From Octopus sinensis (taxonomy: Eukaryota): a stretch of 64,000 nucleotides of DNA. Where the stretch lies: positions 135,036,001 through 135,100,000 of the forward strand of contig NC_042997.1 of assembly GCF_006345805.1 (NCBI RefSeq), in the 5' to 3' direction. The position numbers and the translations under genes were made by a program. The notes under the pieces are model-generated. The model saw only the letters and a list, made by a program, of their open reading frames with translations, had not been told where the DNA came from and did no database searches. Shown in pieces: positions 48,834 to 63,622 of this stretch (position 1 is its first letter; every line of letters starts with the position of its first letter).

Positions 48834-49581
48834 TTATATTATTTAATGCTAATTGTACTTATGATATAAAATGCCTGAAAGAAAGAAAGGAACCGGAACT
48901 ATGATATCGAATCTATATAGTCACTCGACGTGCGAGACATCACCAATCTTACTCTACTACCTTAAAAGAATGAAATCATTGATGTATTATCTCTGAATGA
49001 AATCATTGACGTATTATCTCTGAAAATACGTGTATGACGATGGATTAGTCAAAACAAGAATGTCTTTCTTGATAGGTCTGCTTGAATAGGATTGACCTAT
49101 GGTTAAGCAACATCAATAGCAACCAACAGGAAAATAAATTTCCCTTAATATACAGCTTGTGTCATGCTTGGAAAAGAACAACCGAAAACATATGTCCACT
49201 GCATAGTCTGTCACGTCTCAAAAAAAAATGAGAAACAAATAGTGAATATTCATATTTTCTCTTCTTTTCAGAATCATGCGAAAGGCATACATCATACGAT
49301 CACAATTATGTAAACACAACTACTACAGCTTCCATCAGCTGCATTTGACAATCAAGTACTGCTCAACGACTATTATTTATGGCATATGCTTGATTATTTG
49401 TCATAGAGATAATACTTAAAGAGACGGTTATCTGTACAAAAGTATAATGCGCCTAAACAGTTGTGCATTAGTGGAAGTTAAAAATCGATAAGATTCGGGG
49501 AAAAAGAATTTCATAATATGCTTGTGTGTGACTGTATGTGCGTGCGTGTGTATGCATGTGTACACAAACGCATATATAAGA

Positions 49582-49634
<53 letters not shown>

Positions 49635-49640
49635 TGTATG

Positions 49641-49673
<33 letters not shown>

Positions 49674-51494
49674 CATATATTATAGATACGTGCATGTCCG
49701 TATGTATGTATGCATCCATGATAAGCGCAAGTTTATATCATTTGATCCCGACGTAAGTTTCAACATTAAGGCGATTTGCAACATGTTCATTGGATGTACC
49801 AAGAGGAAATGCATGCTGGACCACAGCAGATGATAAGGGACAGACTTTATTGCATTATGTTGCAGTGATCAAATGTATCGCGTCTATATATATTTGCATT
49901 CATATAATCAATATGGATCGTATCTACTACAGAAAGTAAAATAGTTCTGTTATTTTTGTCAATGATTTTTGTCAATCACAGGTGTATATTTCTACTGGGA
50001 TAGAATCTCTTCTTGGTGCATTACTAAAGGATGATGTCGTCACAGATTTAAAATAAAAGGTAAGAATTTATCAAAAGCTGTGTTGATGAGAATGTGTATA
50101 AGATAATGAATGGATTTCTGTTTTATGCTGAAGTGCCCGTTCAGAACCTTCTTAAAGTGTTCAGCCAATATTTGTATATTGGTTCTTTGTTTGTGATGTT
50201 CAAATTTCTACCCAAGTAGGAAAATATTGAAACTCCAATGGGAGCTGTGCTATAATTTTCATGAAATATTTTCAAAATATTTTCGTACATTGTTTCTCTT
50301 TTATTTAAACAAGTTATTTATCATGGCACTTAGATTTCTAGCCACTTCTGCATATGAGGTAAACAGTCTCTTTTAAAGTTTTGCACAGTTTCTTTGCAAC
50401 CGAAATTTGATTCCACTTCAACAAGGCAGAGAAACACACGAAAACTAGAGCCACCTGTCTTGCGGGTGTGCTAAAAGTTCCCAGGTAATGCAAACACACT
50501 GTTACCGCACATACCTATTGCTGTAGAAATTTGTCATGACTTATGAAAATGGGAAGGAAGAAAAACGTGATGAAAAGCAAGTGTAGACAATGGAAAAATG
50601 CAAGACTAGTTCAGAGGTCGTCATACATAAAAAAAAACTACCAAAGAACCTTATTCAATCTCTTTTGTTTTCGACAATATGCCAAGTGGTAAGATAAATT
50701 GAATGGGTAGAAAATTTTTTCAGGCCTCGCAGAACTTAGTGCTTGTTCACACCGTAACTCAAACCAAATGATTGCAACAAAGTAAATCCCCCCAAAAGAA
50801 ATAAAGGTACCACACGGTAATGCTAAGTGAAGTGACAGAATACATCGACTGCCCACGTAGACTGCGGCGGAATCTGAACTCAGAATCGAAATGTCAGAAC
50901 AACATCTAAAAGTCATCTGACTGAGGTTCATACAATTCCGCCGTTCCGCCACGCTGGAGTGATTTTTATTTCATCGATCCTTGAAGGAAAAACAAGAAAA
51001 GCTGATATCGGCGGGAATTAAATTGAGTTCATCAAATGTCCAAACAAATACCACGAAGCATTCTATCCATCACTCAAACGAGTCACCAATATTTCTGTTT
51101 ATATTATACATAATGTGAAAATATTCGAAATTTTCAAACTCCAATAACCAAATTAGAACGAGTTTTGGACATAGTTATAGAATGATACCTTGTATGTATA
51201 AATTAAATATAAGTTTCGAAGGAAGAAAATTAATTTCTGATGGCGATCTGGACATTTCACAATAGAAGTTAAAATATTCAGTTGCCTTTCAAAAATATCA
51301 TTTCATTTTACGAATTTGCAATTCTAAATCTATCTTGAAAAATGAAATGGAAACTAATAGTAACTAACATGGATCCATAATAATGGTTGGCGAACTTGGA
51401 CAGAGCAGGAGAGTTTGTGTAAAAAGTGACACAAAGTAGGTGACCATAATCATACAACACACACATGTGACTTACACATGATTTTAAGCCCGTA

Positions 51495-51575
51495 TACATA
51501 CATACATACATACATACATACATACATACATACATACATACATACATACATACATACATACATACATACATACAA
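51495..51575. repeat. (CATA)n microsatellite
   Basis: Direct reading. Confidence 0.95.
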
Positions 51576-52546
51576 GGATGTAGAGTTGAAGATTGGTCAG
51601 GATAAATGTTGTTTTATGGTTGTCAAAAGGAGGAAAACTATAAACCAGACTAGCTATATCTCCATCAATGATTTGACTTTTTCCCTATATATAACGAGGA
51701 ACGTTACAAATGTCTAGGAGTGGTTGAAAACATATCTTACAATGGCACCTGTAACAAGACACGTGTCACTAAAGAATATTACAGCCGAATAAAGAAAATT
51801 TGGATCTCAGAACTCTCTACATTTAATAAAACAGTGGCCCACAATGTGATTGCTGTGCCAGTACTTATGCCAACATTTGGGCTGCTTGATTGACCACGTG
51901 ATAAGATCCGAGCCATTGATGTGACAAGCCGGAAGTTACTAACAAGCACACATAATTTCCACATGAACAATGATGCAGACCACCTCTACCTAAAACGAAA
52001 ACAAGGTGGCAGAGGCTTAACATCGATTCAAAACACCTTTGAATGTCGTAGCATATCCTTTCAGCAACATCTTCTAACCACCAAGTGTCGGGGTGCATCC
52101 CTTGACCCAGTTTACATACATGAGGCTGATAACATCATAAAACTTGAAAGGCAGCCACTTAAGTAACATTCCTTCTCTTATAACCTAGAATACATGTCCA
52201 AAGAAGTCGCACGACTCTTCCGCAACGTTTCATCAGATGAAAGGATGAGCCTATATGAGCAGAAGAAAGCTCCGAGATGATAGTGACTTTGATCATCAAA
52301 GCAGTCTATCATTGACGAACAGCCCGGATTGCTACTTCCCACTTTGAAGGATATGCCTTCGTATTCCAGGAATAATAAATATCAATCAACTACCTGATGC
52401 AAAAAAGATATAGAGATCCAGGAAAAGCAGTAACATGTGACAACCGATGCAGACTTTGTGGAGTTAACACCGAAGATATCAACCACATCATAAGCAGTTG
52501 TCCTAAAATGTCATCACGCTATTATCCACCGATGATACATGACCTT
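51576..52546 (+). pseudogene. Dong/R4-clade LINE internal fragment (RT end to CCHC)
   Basis: IGQDKC, NVIAVPVLMPTFG, DHLYLKRKQGGRGL, CDNRCRLCGVNTEDINHIISSC; stops and frameshifts. Confidence 0.88.
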
Positions 52547-52827
52547 GATTTGTAACACACTGCCTAAATTCCAATCTTGAGAAATTAGGTTTCTCAAAAG
52601 CAGAAAGGAGAAAGCTAATTCGAAGACTATAGATCCGATCCATCACTGGAACTGTGAAATCTGTAAAATGTTCCAGAAGTTTATCAATAAAATATATATG
52701 AGCATGTCTAGGTATGCAACTGTATGCATAAGAATACATACATAATACCAAACATACAAATTTGCACATATACATACATACGTTTGTGTGTATGTGTGTG
52801 TGTGTTTGCGTGCTTGTCTGTGTGTTC

Positions 52828-52878
<51 letters not shown>

Positions 52879-53792
52879 TGTGCGTGTGTGTGTGTGTGCT
52901 ACAAGCTTGAGCAAAGATTCTATCAAATTCTTTTTAAAATGCATTTAACAATTCCATTCTATGTAAACATGCATAGACACAAATAAATTACATACATAAC
53001 TCATCTGTAATTTTCTTCGCGTTTGAGAAAACTTTAATTATGCAAATCAGTTTTGATCAATAAGTCAATGCGTTTGTGCGATTAAAATGAATATTTAATA
53101 TACAAATTTATATTTAATGAAACAGTCACTGATAGTATATTTTGCCCTTGTGCCGCCGCACATATCACTCTGCTTGTTTTTAAAGTAACATTTGTTTATG
53201 AGTGATGCATGTACTTGTTTATCTACTAGTTTTATAGGCACATTAATCATGAGGAATAAAAATTAAACAACGATTCAAATAGAATATCGTAAAATATACG
53301 CGAACGTAAAAAGAAGATAAAAATACATGTTGTAAACTATCGATAAATATAGACTTCTAAGAGAAACTATGGCCGTGACGTCAATGACAAAATTTTAATG
53401 AGAAGAGAGGAGTATAGATGAATATTGTTGACGAGGAGGAGGATGATAATGAAGAGGAGGGAGAGAAGAAGATTGAGGAATATCAAATCACGATGAAGAT
53501 GAGTAAAATTCTAAACTCTAGCGTGACCTAGTTGATTTATTTCAGTTTTAGTTTTCAAATATTTGTCTACTACTATTAATGAAGGTCATTTATTTTCTCT
53601 TTCACTCTCTCCTCCCTACCTCTCTCTCCCTATCTCTCTCTCTCTCTCTCTCTATCCATCTATCTTTCTACCTATCTGTCTGTTTATCTAAATATCTATC
53701 TCTGTAATTCGCCCTCCTCTTTCTCTCTCACTCTTTTGTCTCCCACACACGCTTTCAATCTGCATGTACACAAGAGCACATATGCGCACACA

Positions 53793-53826
<34 letters not shown>

Positions 53827-53841
53827 CATACATACGTACAT

Positions 53842-53902
<61 letters not shown>

Positions 53903-54290
53903 CATGCATATGCGTGCGCATGTGTGTATACATATAAATACATACATATATATGTATGTGTGTGCATGTATGTCTATATATGTATGTATGCGTGTATGGA
54001 ATTACATATGTTTGTATTAAACTTTACAAACAAAAAACAATTTATATAACCTATTTAAAACAAAAGTAGAAAATTATGTAAAGCACAGTCTGACGAAGGC
54101 TAGCATGTCGAAACTTCGGAATCCCTGTAAAACCTTTACAACGAAAAGTTAAATATACATTTACCTTATGAAAAATTCATTGAGTAATCGTTCAGTTTAT
54201 TATTAAATAGTTTTTTTGTTATAAATTTACATAGAAGCAAACATTGATATATGCATACATATATAAAGCTATCAATATACATACACATAC

Positions 54291-54349
<59 letters not shown>

Positions 54350-54499
54350 AACACATATCTGTATGTATTATATATGTATGCATTTATGTATGAATGTGTG
54401 TGTATGTATGTATGTCTCAAGCCATCACGGTTATTGTGGTTAGGTTACTTCTCAATAATCGTAGTCACAGATTCTGTCAGCTCCATATCTGTAGGCACG

Positions 54500-55380
54500 T
54501 GTGTATGTCTCTTCCTTTTTTCCTTCCTCTTTTTCTCTCTCCCTTCTCTTTCTCCCTCTTCACTTCCCGTGTCTTAACTCTTTCTCCTTTCATTTCATAT
54601 TTCCACTACTACTCCTTATACAATGTTCTCATATCACTTCGTTTTGTAAATTCTATGTCGCATCTCTACCTCTCCTTCATATCTCCGCTTTCACTTTCCC
54701 TTTTCCAATCTGTATCACTAATTTCTCTTTATTTGTCTCACTTTCTCTCACTTCTCTCTCAATTTCATATTTTCTTCAACAACAACCAAAATATTAATTT
54801 TTTCCTGAATATCTCACTTTTTCACACGCACCTCTCTCTCTCTCTTTCTTTCCCCTCTCGCTTTTTCTCTTTCGCTATCTCTCTTTCTTCCCCCCTCTCT
54901 CTCTCTCTCTTACCACTTTCTCTTCCCCCTCTATTATCTCTATCTCTATCTCTATCTCTCTGTCTTCCCCCTCTCTTTCTTCACCTCTTTCCCTCTTCCT
55001 TTCTCCCTCTCTCTCTGTCTCTCTCTGTTTTCGTCTCAGTTTTATTTTTGTCACTCAAACTATGTTTACTCTTTTGCTACCACCCACACTTCACTCCAGC
55101 ATTTTCTTTTATTCGTCTGATCGCCTTTTCCGTTATATATTTTCTTGTTTACGACCTTCTCATTTCTCCTTTTCTTCTTCAACCTTCACCGGCAACAATC
55201 ATTTCACCTTCAGTATCTTTTGTTATCTTTCACAAATCATGTGCGTTTTGTACATCTTCCTCTTTCGTTTCATTCTAACATAGTATTCATCTCTACTCTG
55301 ACTCTGTTCTCTATCCTTCCATGACTTCCCACTTCACCCTGTACTACCCTTTTCTCTTTTCCTCCTCGATTTACTTCTCT
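54500..55380. repeat. About 0.9-kb polypyrimidine (CT-rich) low-complexity tract
   Basis: Direct reading; source of the 294-aa L/S/F ORF. Confidence 0.9.
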
Positions 55381-57387
55381 TTAGAGTGCTAGTCAGATGA
55401 CGACAGGCCACATGCATGACCATTTTCGGGGACTTCGTAATTGGTGGGAGAAAGGTTAGGACGTTATACTCAAACTAGGGACCTGTTCCAACGCTTAAAG
55501 CAATGTGGGCTCAGCCAAAGACACCTATGAGCTAGGTGATGATGTTAAGTTGGGCGATCATTTATGTCTACTATACAATGTAATTTCATAAAATCTGAAT
55601 TACTAACACTCATTTTCCGTTATCCTCTTCCCTCGCCCTCCCTCGTTATTCAGTTGTATTTCTGTTTTTTCTTTCTTTTTTTGTCGTTACACTGGCTTTT
55701 CTCTGTTTTGCCTCTTTCTCTCTCTCTTTTTTCTCTTTCTCTCCTCCTCTCTCACTCACTCACTCTCTCTCTCTCTCTCTCTTTCTTTCTTCTTTTCACT
55801 GAATCACCTTTTGACCTTCTCACAAACTCTGACTACTATTTTTATCTATCTTTCAATCTCTGTGTCTTGGAAAACCTTTTCCATTTTCAAACTGCTTCTT
55901 TGCTTTAAGTGAAATAAAACCTGAAGAAATAGAAGTAAAACAATATACTCAAAGACACTGGCATTTTTGTTTCTGCATGTGATGATCCCACCTTTCAGAT
56001 ATGCATCTGTGAAGGAAATCAATTCTATTATTATTCTGAACACCAATGTTGATGGTGCTTGTTTAGTTCCAGCTCGACCTTATAATTACTGATGATTTAA
56101 CTGTGGATACTCTTCCTCTCTGCATATCAAGTACTACATCATTCACTGGATCTTTCATTATCTAAGGCTGAGTTGCATGAGATGCGAGGCACTAGGTTGC
56201 TATTTGAAGTAGGTCGAGCGACTGCGCCGAGACTCCTATGTTGTTTTGTGTCTCATACTTAAGAAAGCAGCCAACTTATACTTCCATATATCCTTCGAGT
56301 CGATGAGGTAATTAGTCTCTAGGTGGTCGCTTACGCCCTCAAAGCAGTCAATATCCTTTCAATAACAATCTACCGTCATTGCAATAAAGGAGGAACATGA
56401 ATTTGATCATGTTGAAATACATACTCTCAAATACATGGTATGTCCGCAACTGGAATACTTTTCATCATAGCTCTGCACAAACCCAGGCGACGCGGGGCTA
56501 AACAGCAACTGTAGTGGTTTTTTTCATATACTGTAAACTTATATATCACCTCTTTTAACATTCACTGAAACCTTACCTTATTTTTGGAACTAAAACACCT
56601 GGTGTCGGTCTTTGTTAACTATGGATTTGATGTTATTTTCTTTCATGCCTTTCAACATAATAATAGCACACTGTCGATCCAGAAAGGTAGTATCCAGATG
56701 GGCACTTCATTTACAAAAGATAGAACCAAAACCTTCTTCAAATTAGAACCTATAGGTTAAAAAGAGTGATGTCAAACTCAATATTGAAGACCTTCATATA
56801 CAAAACGATATGATAGTCAACACATGAAAATTGGTATTTCTCCCTTCACGCCAGTTCTACTCGATACGAACCTCATAGAGTCAAAGATAAGTGTTCCGTA
56901 GACAGAATCTGGAAACGCAAACACCATCTTCGATCGTATTTATTGCATTCTTTTAAGATGTAATTATTTACTACGAATCTCTTTATGTGCAGCGTGCTCC
57001 CTATGACTCAGTGTCTCCTGTTCACCTCATTTATAATAATTATAAAATGTTAACGACGTTTTGAACTTGTTTTTGACAAGTATATATTTTCTATTTCTAT
57101 AAATATATATATTTTTAATTTTGTCATTTACACTAGTCGTTTAGTGGTTGTTATTGTTAACAACTTCTAAACAATCCAGAGATGAACCAGTTGTAATTAT
57201 CCTGTCATATTTTCGTACTTCTCCAAAATTGCCCTATCCGATATTTCCTCATGTTGAGGTTTGCTATGAGAGCAAGAAAGGCTGGGAGAGAGAGAATAAA
57301 CTGCTATTTCTATCAGGTCGAAATAGAAATGTCTTTATTGCGTAGTAATACCTAACATTTGCATGGAATTTCTAATACTTTTCCTGT

Positions 57388-57793
57388 GAAGGGCGGCAAG
57401 CTGGCAGAATCGTTAACAACCCGGGCAAATTGCTTAGCGGTATTTCGTCTCTCGTTACGTTCTGAGTTTAAACTCCACCGAAGTCGACTTTACCTTTCAT
57501 CCTTTCGGGGTCGATAAATTAAATACCAGTTACGCACTGGGGTCGATATAACCGACTTAATCCGTCTCTCTGTCTTTGTTTGTCTCCTCTGTGTTTAGCC
57601 CCATGTAGGTAGTAAAGAAATAGGTATTTCGTCTCCCGTTACGTTCTGAGTTCAAACTCCGCCGAAGTCGACTTTGCTTTTCATCCTTTCGGTGTCGATT
57701 AAATAAGTACCAGTTACGCACTGGGATCAATCTAATCGACTTAAACCCTTTGTCTGTCCTTGTTCAGCCCCCTGTGGGCAATAAAGAAATAAA
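57388..57793 (+). mobile_element. Dimeric family A SINE with a 14-bp target-site duplication
   Basis: Unit 1 57388-57622; headless unit 2 57623-57793; aatacttttcctgt at 57374-57387 and 57792-57805. Confidence 0.92.
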
Positions 57794-58152
57794 TACTTTT
57801 CCTGTCAATGTTTCCTACTCCATCAGTAATATATTAAAGATGATTGAATCGACTATCCATATTTTCTGCAAAATATGCACTTCATATGATATCATTTTGT
57901 TTTTTATCATATACACCTTCCATTCCTTGTCAAATAAAAATCATTCCACTGACACAACCAATAATTCTCCCGCCACCATCACCACTACCATCATCGACAT
58001 AAATAAAAAAAAACAACAATCTTGTCACTTATCAACATTGCCAGAAAGTAATCAATATTTCGTCACCATAGTTTCAATTCCTGGTAAAAATCCTTTCATC
58101 TACATTTATGCCACTACTAAAATCCTTTTATATTTCACACCTCTTTTCACAC

Positions 58153-58189
<37 letters not shown>

Positions 58190-58821
58190 ACGCGCACACA
58201 CACTCACTAATTTACTAATTATCTAGCAAAGAAGGATTTGCAATACTTTATTAAGCGCAAGAGCTTCATTAAATCAGTAGAGAGGATTATTTCTCTCTTG
58301 CCCTTGTTGTCATAGAAATATCAGCCATAGAAAAAGGCACAATCAAGTGAACCAACCCTGCAGCATAACGCTTAAGCGTTCTGATCAATCTCAAAACAAT
58401 TCCGAAAGCAGACACATAAATAAATACTATAAAGTATTTTGACATTTACTATGTCAATACTTTAGTTCAACTCTTGGTTCTGCTTTCCGACCGCTTACAA
58501 CAATATCCATAATTATAGTAAGGATATCTGATATTCGCGCAAAGACTCACGATTTGGGAGTAGGCTGCGTCAGATTTAATCGTCTCCAGTACGTGGCTTA
58601 TACTTTTTTTCTATTAGCACATAAAGATGAAAGGCTTTGATCAAGATTTCAATTCAAACCGTACATTGACAACCAATGACAAAAAACTGGGAAAATACTA
58701 GAAATTGCAAATCAGACAAAGAGTTACGGTGCCATAACAACTTCTCAATTTCTAGTCTAATTATGTCATTAATTTTCTTTTTGTATGTTTAATGTATAAC
58801 AATAAAGACTTTTCTTTTTTA

Positions 58822-59045
58822 TTAAGCGGCGAGCTCGCCGAATCGACATCTCACCGTGCAAAATGCTTCGCGACATTTCGTCTGCCTTTACATTCTGAGT
58901 TCAAACTTCGTTAATGTCGGCTTTGGCTTACATCCCTTCCCGAGCTGAAAAAATAAGCACCAGTTGAGTACCGGGGTGGTTATAATCGACTATCCCCTCT
59001 CAATAACATTTCAGGCCTTGTTCCTGTAGTAGAAATAATTATTAA
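58822..59045 (+). mobile_element. Family A SINE
   Basis: gcggcgagctcgccgaatcg...ttctgagttcaaac...tttcaggccttgttcctgtagtagaaa. Confidence 0.85.
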
Positions 59046-60067
59046 GCTATCCATTGTGAAGTTACTATCAATGAACATTTGCTTTTTATATATTACAACT
59101 ACATATGCGTATGATTATGTCTCATAACTAAATTCGTTAAAGAGTTTTAGCAGCCACTTTAGCAATAAGTCGACTTAACATGCTCAAACAATTATAAATT
59201 AACATGTCTTAGGCGCAAGGCAGATTTTTACGACGCCCTAACGACTCTGCCGACACAGCGGTTTATAATGAAATAATGGTAATGATAACGACAATAATAT
59301 TATGTTGCCGCTTGAATTGTGTCGGAAATGCAATGCTGATACAAGAGCGACTTCAAACTAGGAAGTGAGAGCATAAGGTAGCGAAAGACTTTGGCGTGTT
59401 TAATCAAGGATTCTACACTTTGAACTCCCGCCCCCTCTCGCAACCGCTTCAATGTTATTCTTATTTTGATGTTAATAGCTTCGTTGACATCTATCAGTGA
59501 TAAGTGTAATTTTTACGTCATTTCTTATTCTTTCATTCTGGAATCAAAGAAAATTTCGTATACTTATTTCTTCACCATTGTCTTTGTGTGAATTACATCA
59601 TTAAAATAACGCGTTTTATGTCTGCAAGGTTTTGTAATCGTTTTGGCAGGTGTGACTGATTGAAATTAAGGGTATAGTGTTTGTTTTTAAGTCAATGCCA
59701 GACTTAATTGAACAGTTTTATGAAAACAGTCGATACGGCCATGACTATCGCAGCTTTTCTATTTTTTCAGTTGTTACGCAAACGGAACTACTTAAAGCAA
59801 CGAACTCTTTCTCTCTTCTTTTCGAAGCAGGGTGTGATTTCAGTGAGATTCTGTTACAGCCGAGCAAACAAGGAAACCTCCAGTGACCACAGCACAATAT
59901 CGCTGAAGTGACTAACGAGAATCTTTTATAAATAACAAAAGAAAACGAAAAAGATGACAAAGTAATCTAGTCAGTGTACACAAAATGAGACAGGATTGTT
60001 ACAGATGGAATGCCTTTAATAAAATATCTGTCCATCTCGCACACATACACTTACATTCATCCATTCA

Positions 60068-60450
<383 letters not shown>

Positions 60451-60852
60451 ACTCATACAGTGACAGAGATGGTGGGAGAAATGGGAAGTGTACTAAATGA
60501 GAATATATTTATTTGTTCAAATATTTGAAAATTGCATAATTTCCTGTTAAGAAATTAGCATCGTTATATATTTTATTGTTCCTTAATTTTCTTTCTTTGT
60601 GTGTATGCGTTTGGCTATGCTTTGAGTGTATGCGTTTGTATACGTCTCTCCCACGCCAATCGCTCCAACCATTACTATCCTCCACCTAGTTTTCGTTTTC
60701 CTGTATATGTCTCGATGTCTGCCAATAATTCTTTAAATCTTTTGCTTGTATTCAACTAATATGTCTCCTGTCTCTCTACAAGATTACCAGCCTATTATGT
60801 CAAGATCAATTCTTTAAAATATTCTTTGAAAAAATATACGAATCTTCAGATT

Positions 60853-60853
60853 T

Positions 60854-60906
<53 letters not shown>

Positions 60907-61094
60907 GTTATTATTATCATTATTATTATTATTATTATCATTATTATTATTTGGTGTTGCTGTTTCTTTTAATTCTACGTTGCAATGATTTTAACTATTT
61001 GCTATTGCTAGTTAGCTTTGAATGTCGCTGTGGTATGTATGTGTACACGTATGGATACAGTAGTTGAAGGAGGGCAAGACAACATATGATGATG

Positions 61095-61139
<45 letters not shown>

Positions 61140-61145
61140 GAAGAA

Positions 61146-61176
<31 letters not shown>

Positions 61177-61222
61177 AAGAAGAAGAAGAAGAAGAAGAAG
61201 AAGAAGAAGAAGAAGAAGAAAT
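60853..61222. repeat. (ATT)n, then (AAT)n-(AAG)n tracts
   Basis: Direct reading. Confidence 0.9.
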
Positions 61223-61867
61223 CCATACTTGGTCAATATTCCCTAAGAAGGGAAAATATTGCCCCTCACTCTCTCTCTTCTTCTTCTTCTCCTCCTTCTT
61301 CTTCACCTCATCCTCCTCCTCTTCCTCTCTGTCTCTAACTTCTATGTCTCTCTTTAAATTTTTTTCTCTGTCGAACCATTCATTTCTTTCTCCCTCCCGC
61401 TCTCACTCTCTCCCGCTTTCCCCCTATCTCTCTCCCTCGTCCCTCTTTCTCACTATCTCTCTCCCTCCTCCCTCTTTCTCACTATCTCTCTCTTCCATTC
61501 TGCAACTCACTCTTCACTAGCATCCACCGCGTTGCTCTGTATACATAACCCTGTTTAAGCACAAAAAGTTATTTGATTTCATATATCCACTATATCTAAA
61601 CACGTGTGGGTGCTCATTTTTGTATGCGCATGCTCCAATCATATTGTAGGTGGCATGCATACATAGAGTTTATACTAGTATTACGCACAAATACTAATCT
61701 AGGCATTCTTGAAGATGTATTTGGACTATATCCACAAACCCCGATGCGCATGCACATGCAAGATTTTCATTCTCTTTTATTCTCTCTGCATTATACACAC
61801 ATTCAATCACACATACACGCACACACACATATGTGCATATCTATATGCTTATATATATATGTATGTA

Positions 61868-61946
<79 letters not shown>

Positions 61947-61960
61947 TGTGTGTATATATA

Positions 61961-61999
<39 letters not shown>

Positions 62000-62051
62000 G
62001 ATAAATGCATACATACATGTATACATACACATGTACACACACATATATGTA

Positions 62052-62452
62052 CAGGCACAGATGTGACTGCGTGGTAAGAAACCTATTTCCCAACGACATG
62101 GTTGCGGATTCAGTCCCACTGAATGGCACCTTGAACAAGTGTCTTCTACTATAGCCTCGGTCCAACCAAGATTTTTGAATGGATTTGGTAGAGGGAAACT
62201 GAAAGAAGCCCTTCGTATATATTTGGATGTGTGTGTTGTGTGTATGTGTGTGTGTGTCTTTGTATCTGCTAGACAACAAGTGTTGGCGTGCTTACATCCC
62301 TATAACTTAGCAGTTTGGCAAATAAATCGATAAAATAAATACCAAGCTTTAAAAAATGAGTAGTTTGGTAGATTCATTCTACTAGAAATCGTCTAAGACG
62401 ATGCCTCGGCATGGCAGTAGTCTAATGATTGAAACAAATAAAAGAAAAAGGA
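62052..62452 (+). mobile_element. Family B SINE, full length
   Basis: Head tgcgtggtaagaa...ggattcagtcccactg...aagtgtcttctactatagcctcgg, internal (TG)n, tail tgcctcggcatggcag...aaacaaataaaaga. Confidence 0.85.
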
Positions 62453-62467
62453 TATCTATATATATAT

Positions 62468-63030
62468 CCACACAAACTGAGGTCTGCCACTGGGTCTGCT
62501 TCCTACCACTTGTGCCTTCATCACCTTCCTTATCATCCGCTCTTCATCCATCCTCTCCAGGTGGCCAAATCACCTAAACATTCGTCTTTCCATTTTGGTT
62601 GTTAGATTTTCTCTCATTCCTACTCGCCTTCGCACATCCTCATTCCTCCTCTTGGCCATCCGTGTCACACCAACCATAGCCCTCAAACATCTCATCACAA
62701 ACACATCTAGTCGCCTCTTTTCCAATTCTCGCAGACTTCACGTAATGGAGGTGTTGGCGTGAAAGAAGCAAGAATGTTTATTAATGATCGGAAAGTTTGG
62801 AGAGTGTTTGCTCACAGATAAGTGAATTAATGTTGTTCGAAGAGGTACCAGCCTGATGCGGCAGGGTAAACCGGCATATTCTTTAGGGCCTCGCTGCACA
62901 TATCGAGGGTTGCGTTATATACCTTGACCCAAGCATAGGGGCTCGCCTCTTTGAAGTGGGAAGTAAATGGGATGCCTGGTTTGTGTTTTGTTGTGGCTAC
63001 CCGCTCCCAAAAATGGGGAATAGGCCTGGG
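62468..63030. mobile_element. RTE-clade LINE 3' end with an inverted 5' segment
   Basis: Minus 62740-62468: RRLDVFVMRCLRAMVGVTR...FGHLERMDEERM...GSRPSGRPQFVW. Plus 62743-62822: VKEARMFINDRKVWRVFAHR*, then a 3'UTR ending in (CA)n. Confidence 0.85.
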
Positions 63031-63031
63031 T

Positions 63032-63099
<68 letters not shown>

Positions 63100-63436
63100 A
63101 TACACTCAAATGTATGTGCGTAAATTTGAAAGCAGGGTGGCAATACGGCGGTATATACACTTGACAACAAAAGCAAACAAGTGCAATAATATAAAATAAA
63201 ATCTTCATTCGCTACTTAACGCCTCTGGTTTCAGTTGACCATATAATGTGTGTATGCATACACACATAAAATGTTTACTGTTAAACTGTACTCTATTGAC
63301 CTTATCGTCTAATAACAGTATCATGTAAGGATCAAAAAATTCTGTCGTTTGTCACGAATCATGTAAGTTTAGAATACATAATTCTCTCCACGGGTTACTC
63401 TTCTGCATACATTTATTTCGTAATAGATAACCGTGT

Positions 63437-63622
63437 TAATCATTTCTACTAGACCCTAAACTGCAGATTACAGCCATCCTAGAGTTCAACTGATATTTAT
63501 TTTTATCGATCTCGAAAGGATAAAAGGCGAAGTCAAAACGTAATACCAGGAACGTCAAACCGGAAGAAAAACCGCTAAGCTCTCCTTCCGGCGCGGCAGT
63601 GATTCTGCCAACTCGCCGCCTT
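63437..63622 (-). mobile_element. Family A SINE
   Basis: tttatcgatctcgaaggataaaaggcgaagtc...gattctgccaactcgccgcctta. Confidence 0.8.

Noticed and set aside
48968-49024. 27-bp tandem duplication
   Set aside because: Two copies only, with no spacers; ordinary slippage and not CRISPR-like.
54394-55278. Longest ORF in the track (294 aa)
   Set aside because: The polypyrimidine tract cannot encode stops efficiently; the L/S/F composition has no domain.
55846-55922. Strong minus-strand acceptor (ttttacttctatttcttcag)
   Set aside because: All frames stop within about 25 codons and no good donor follows.
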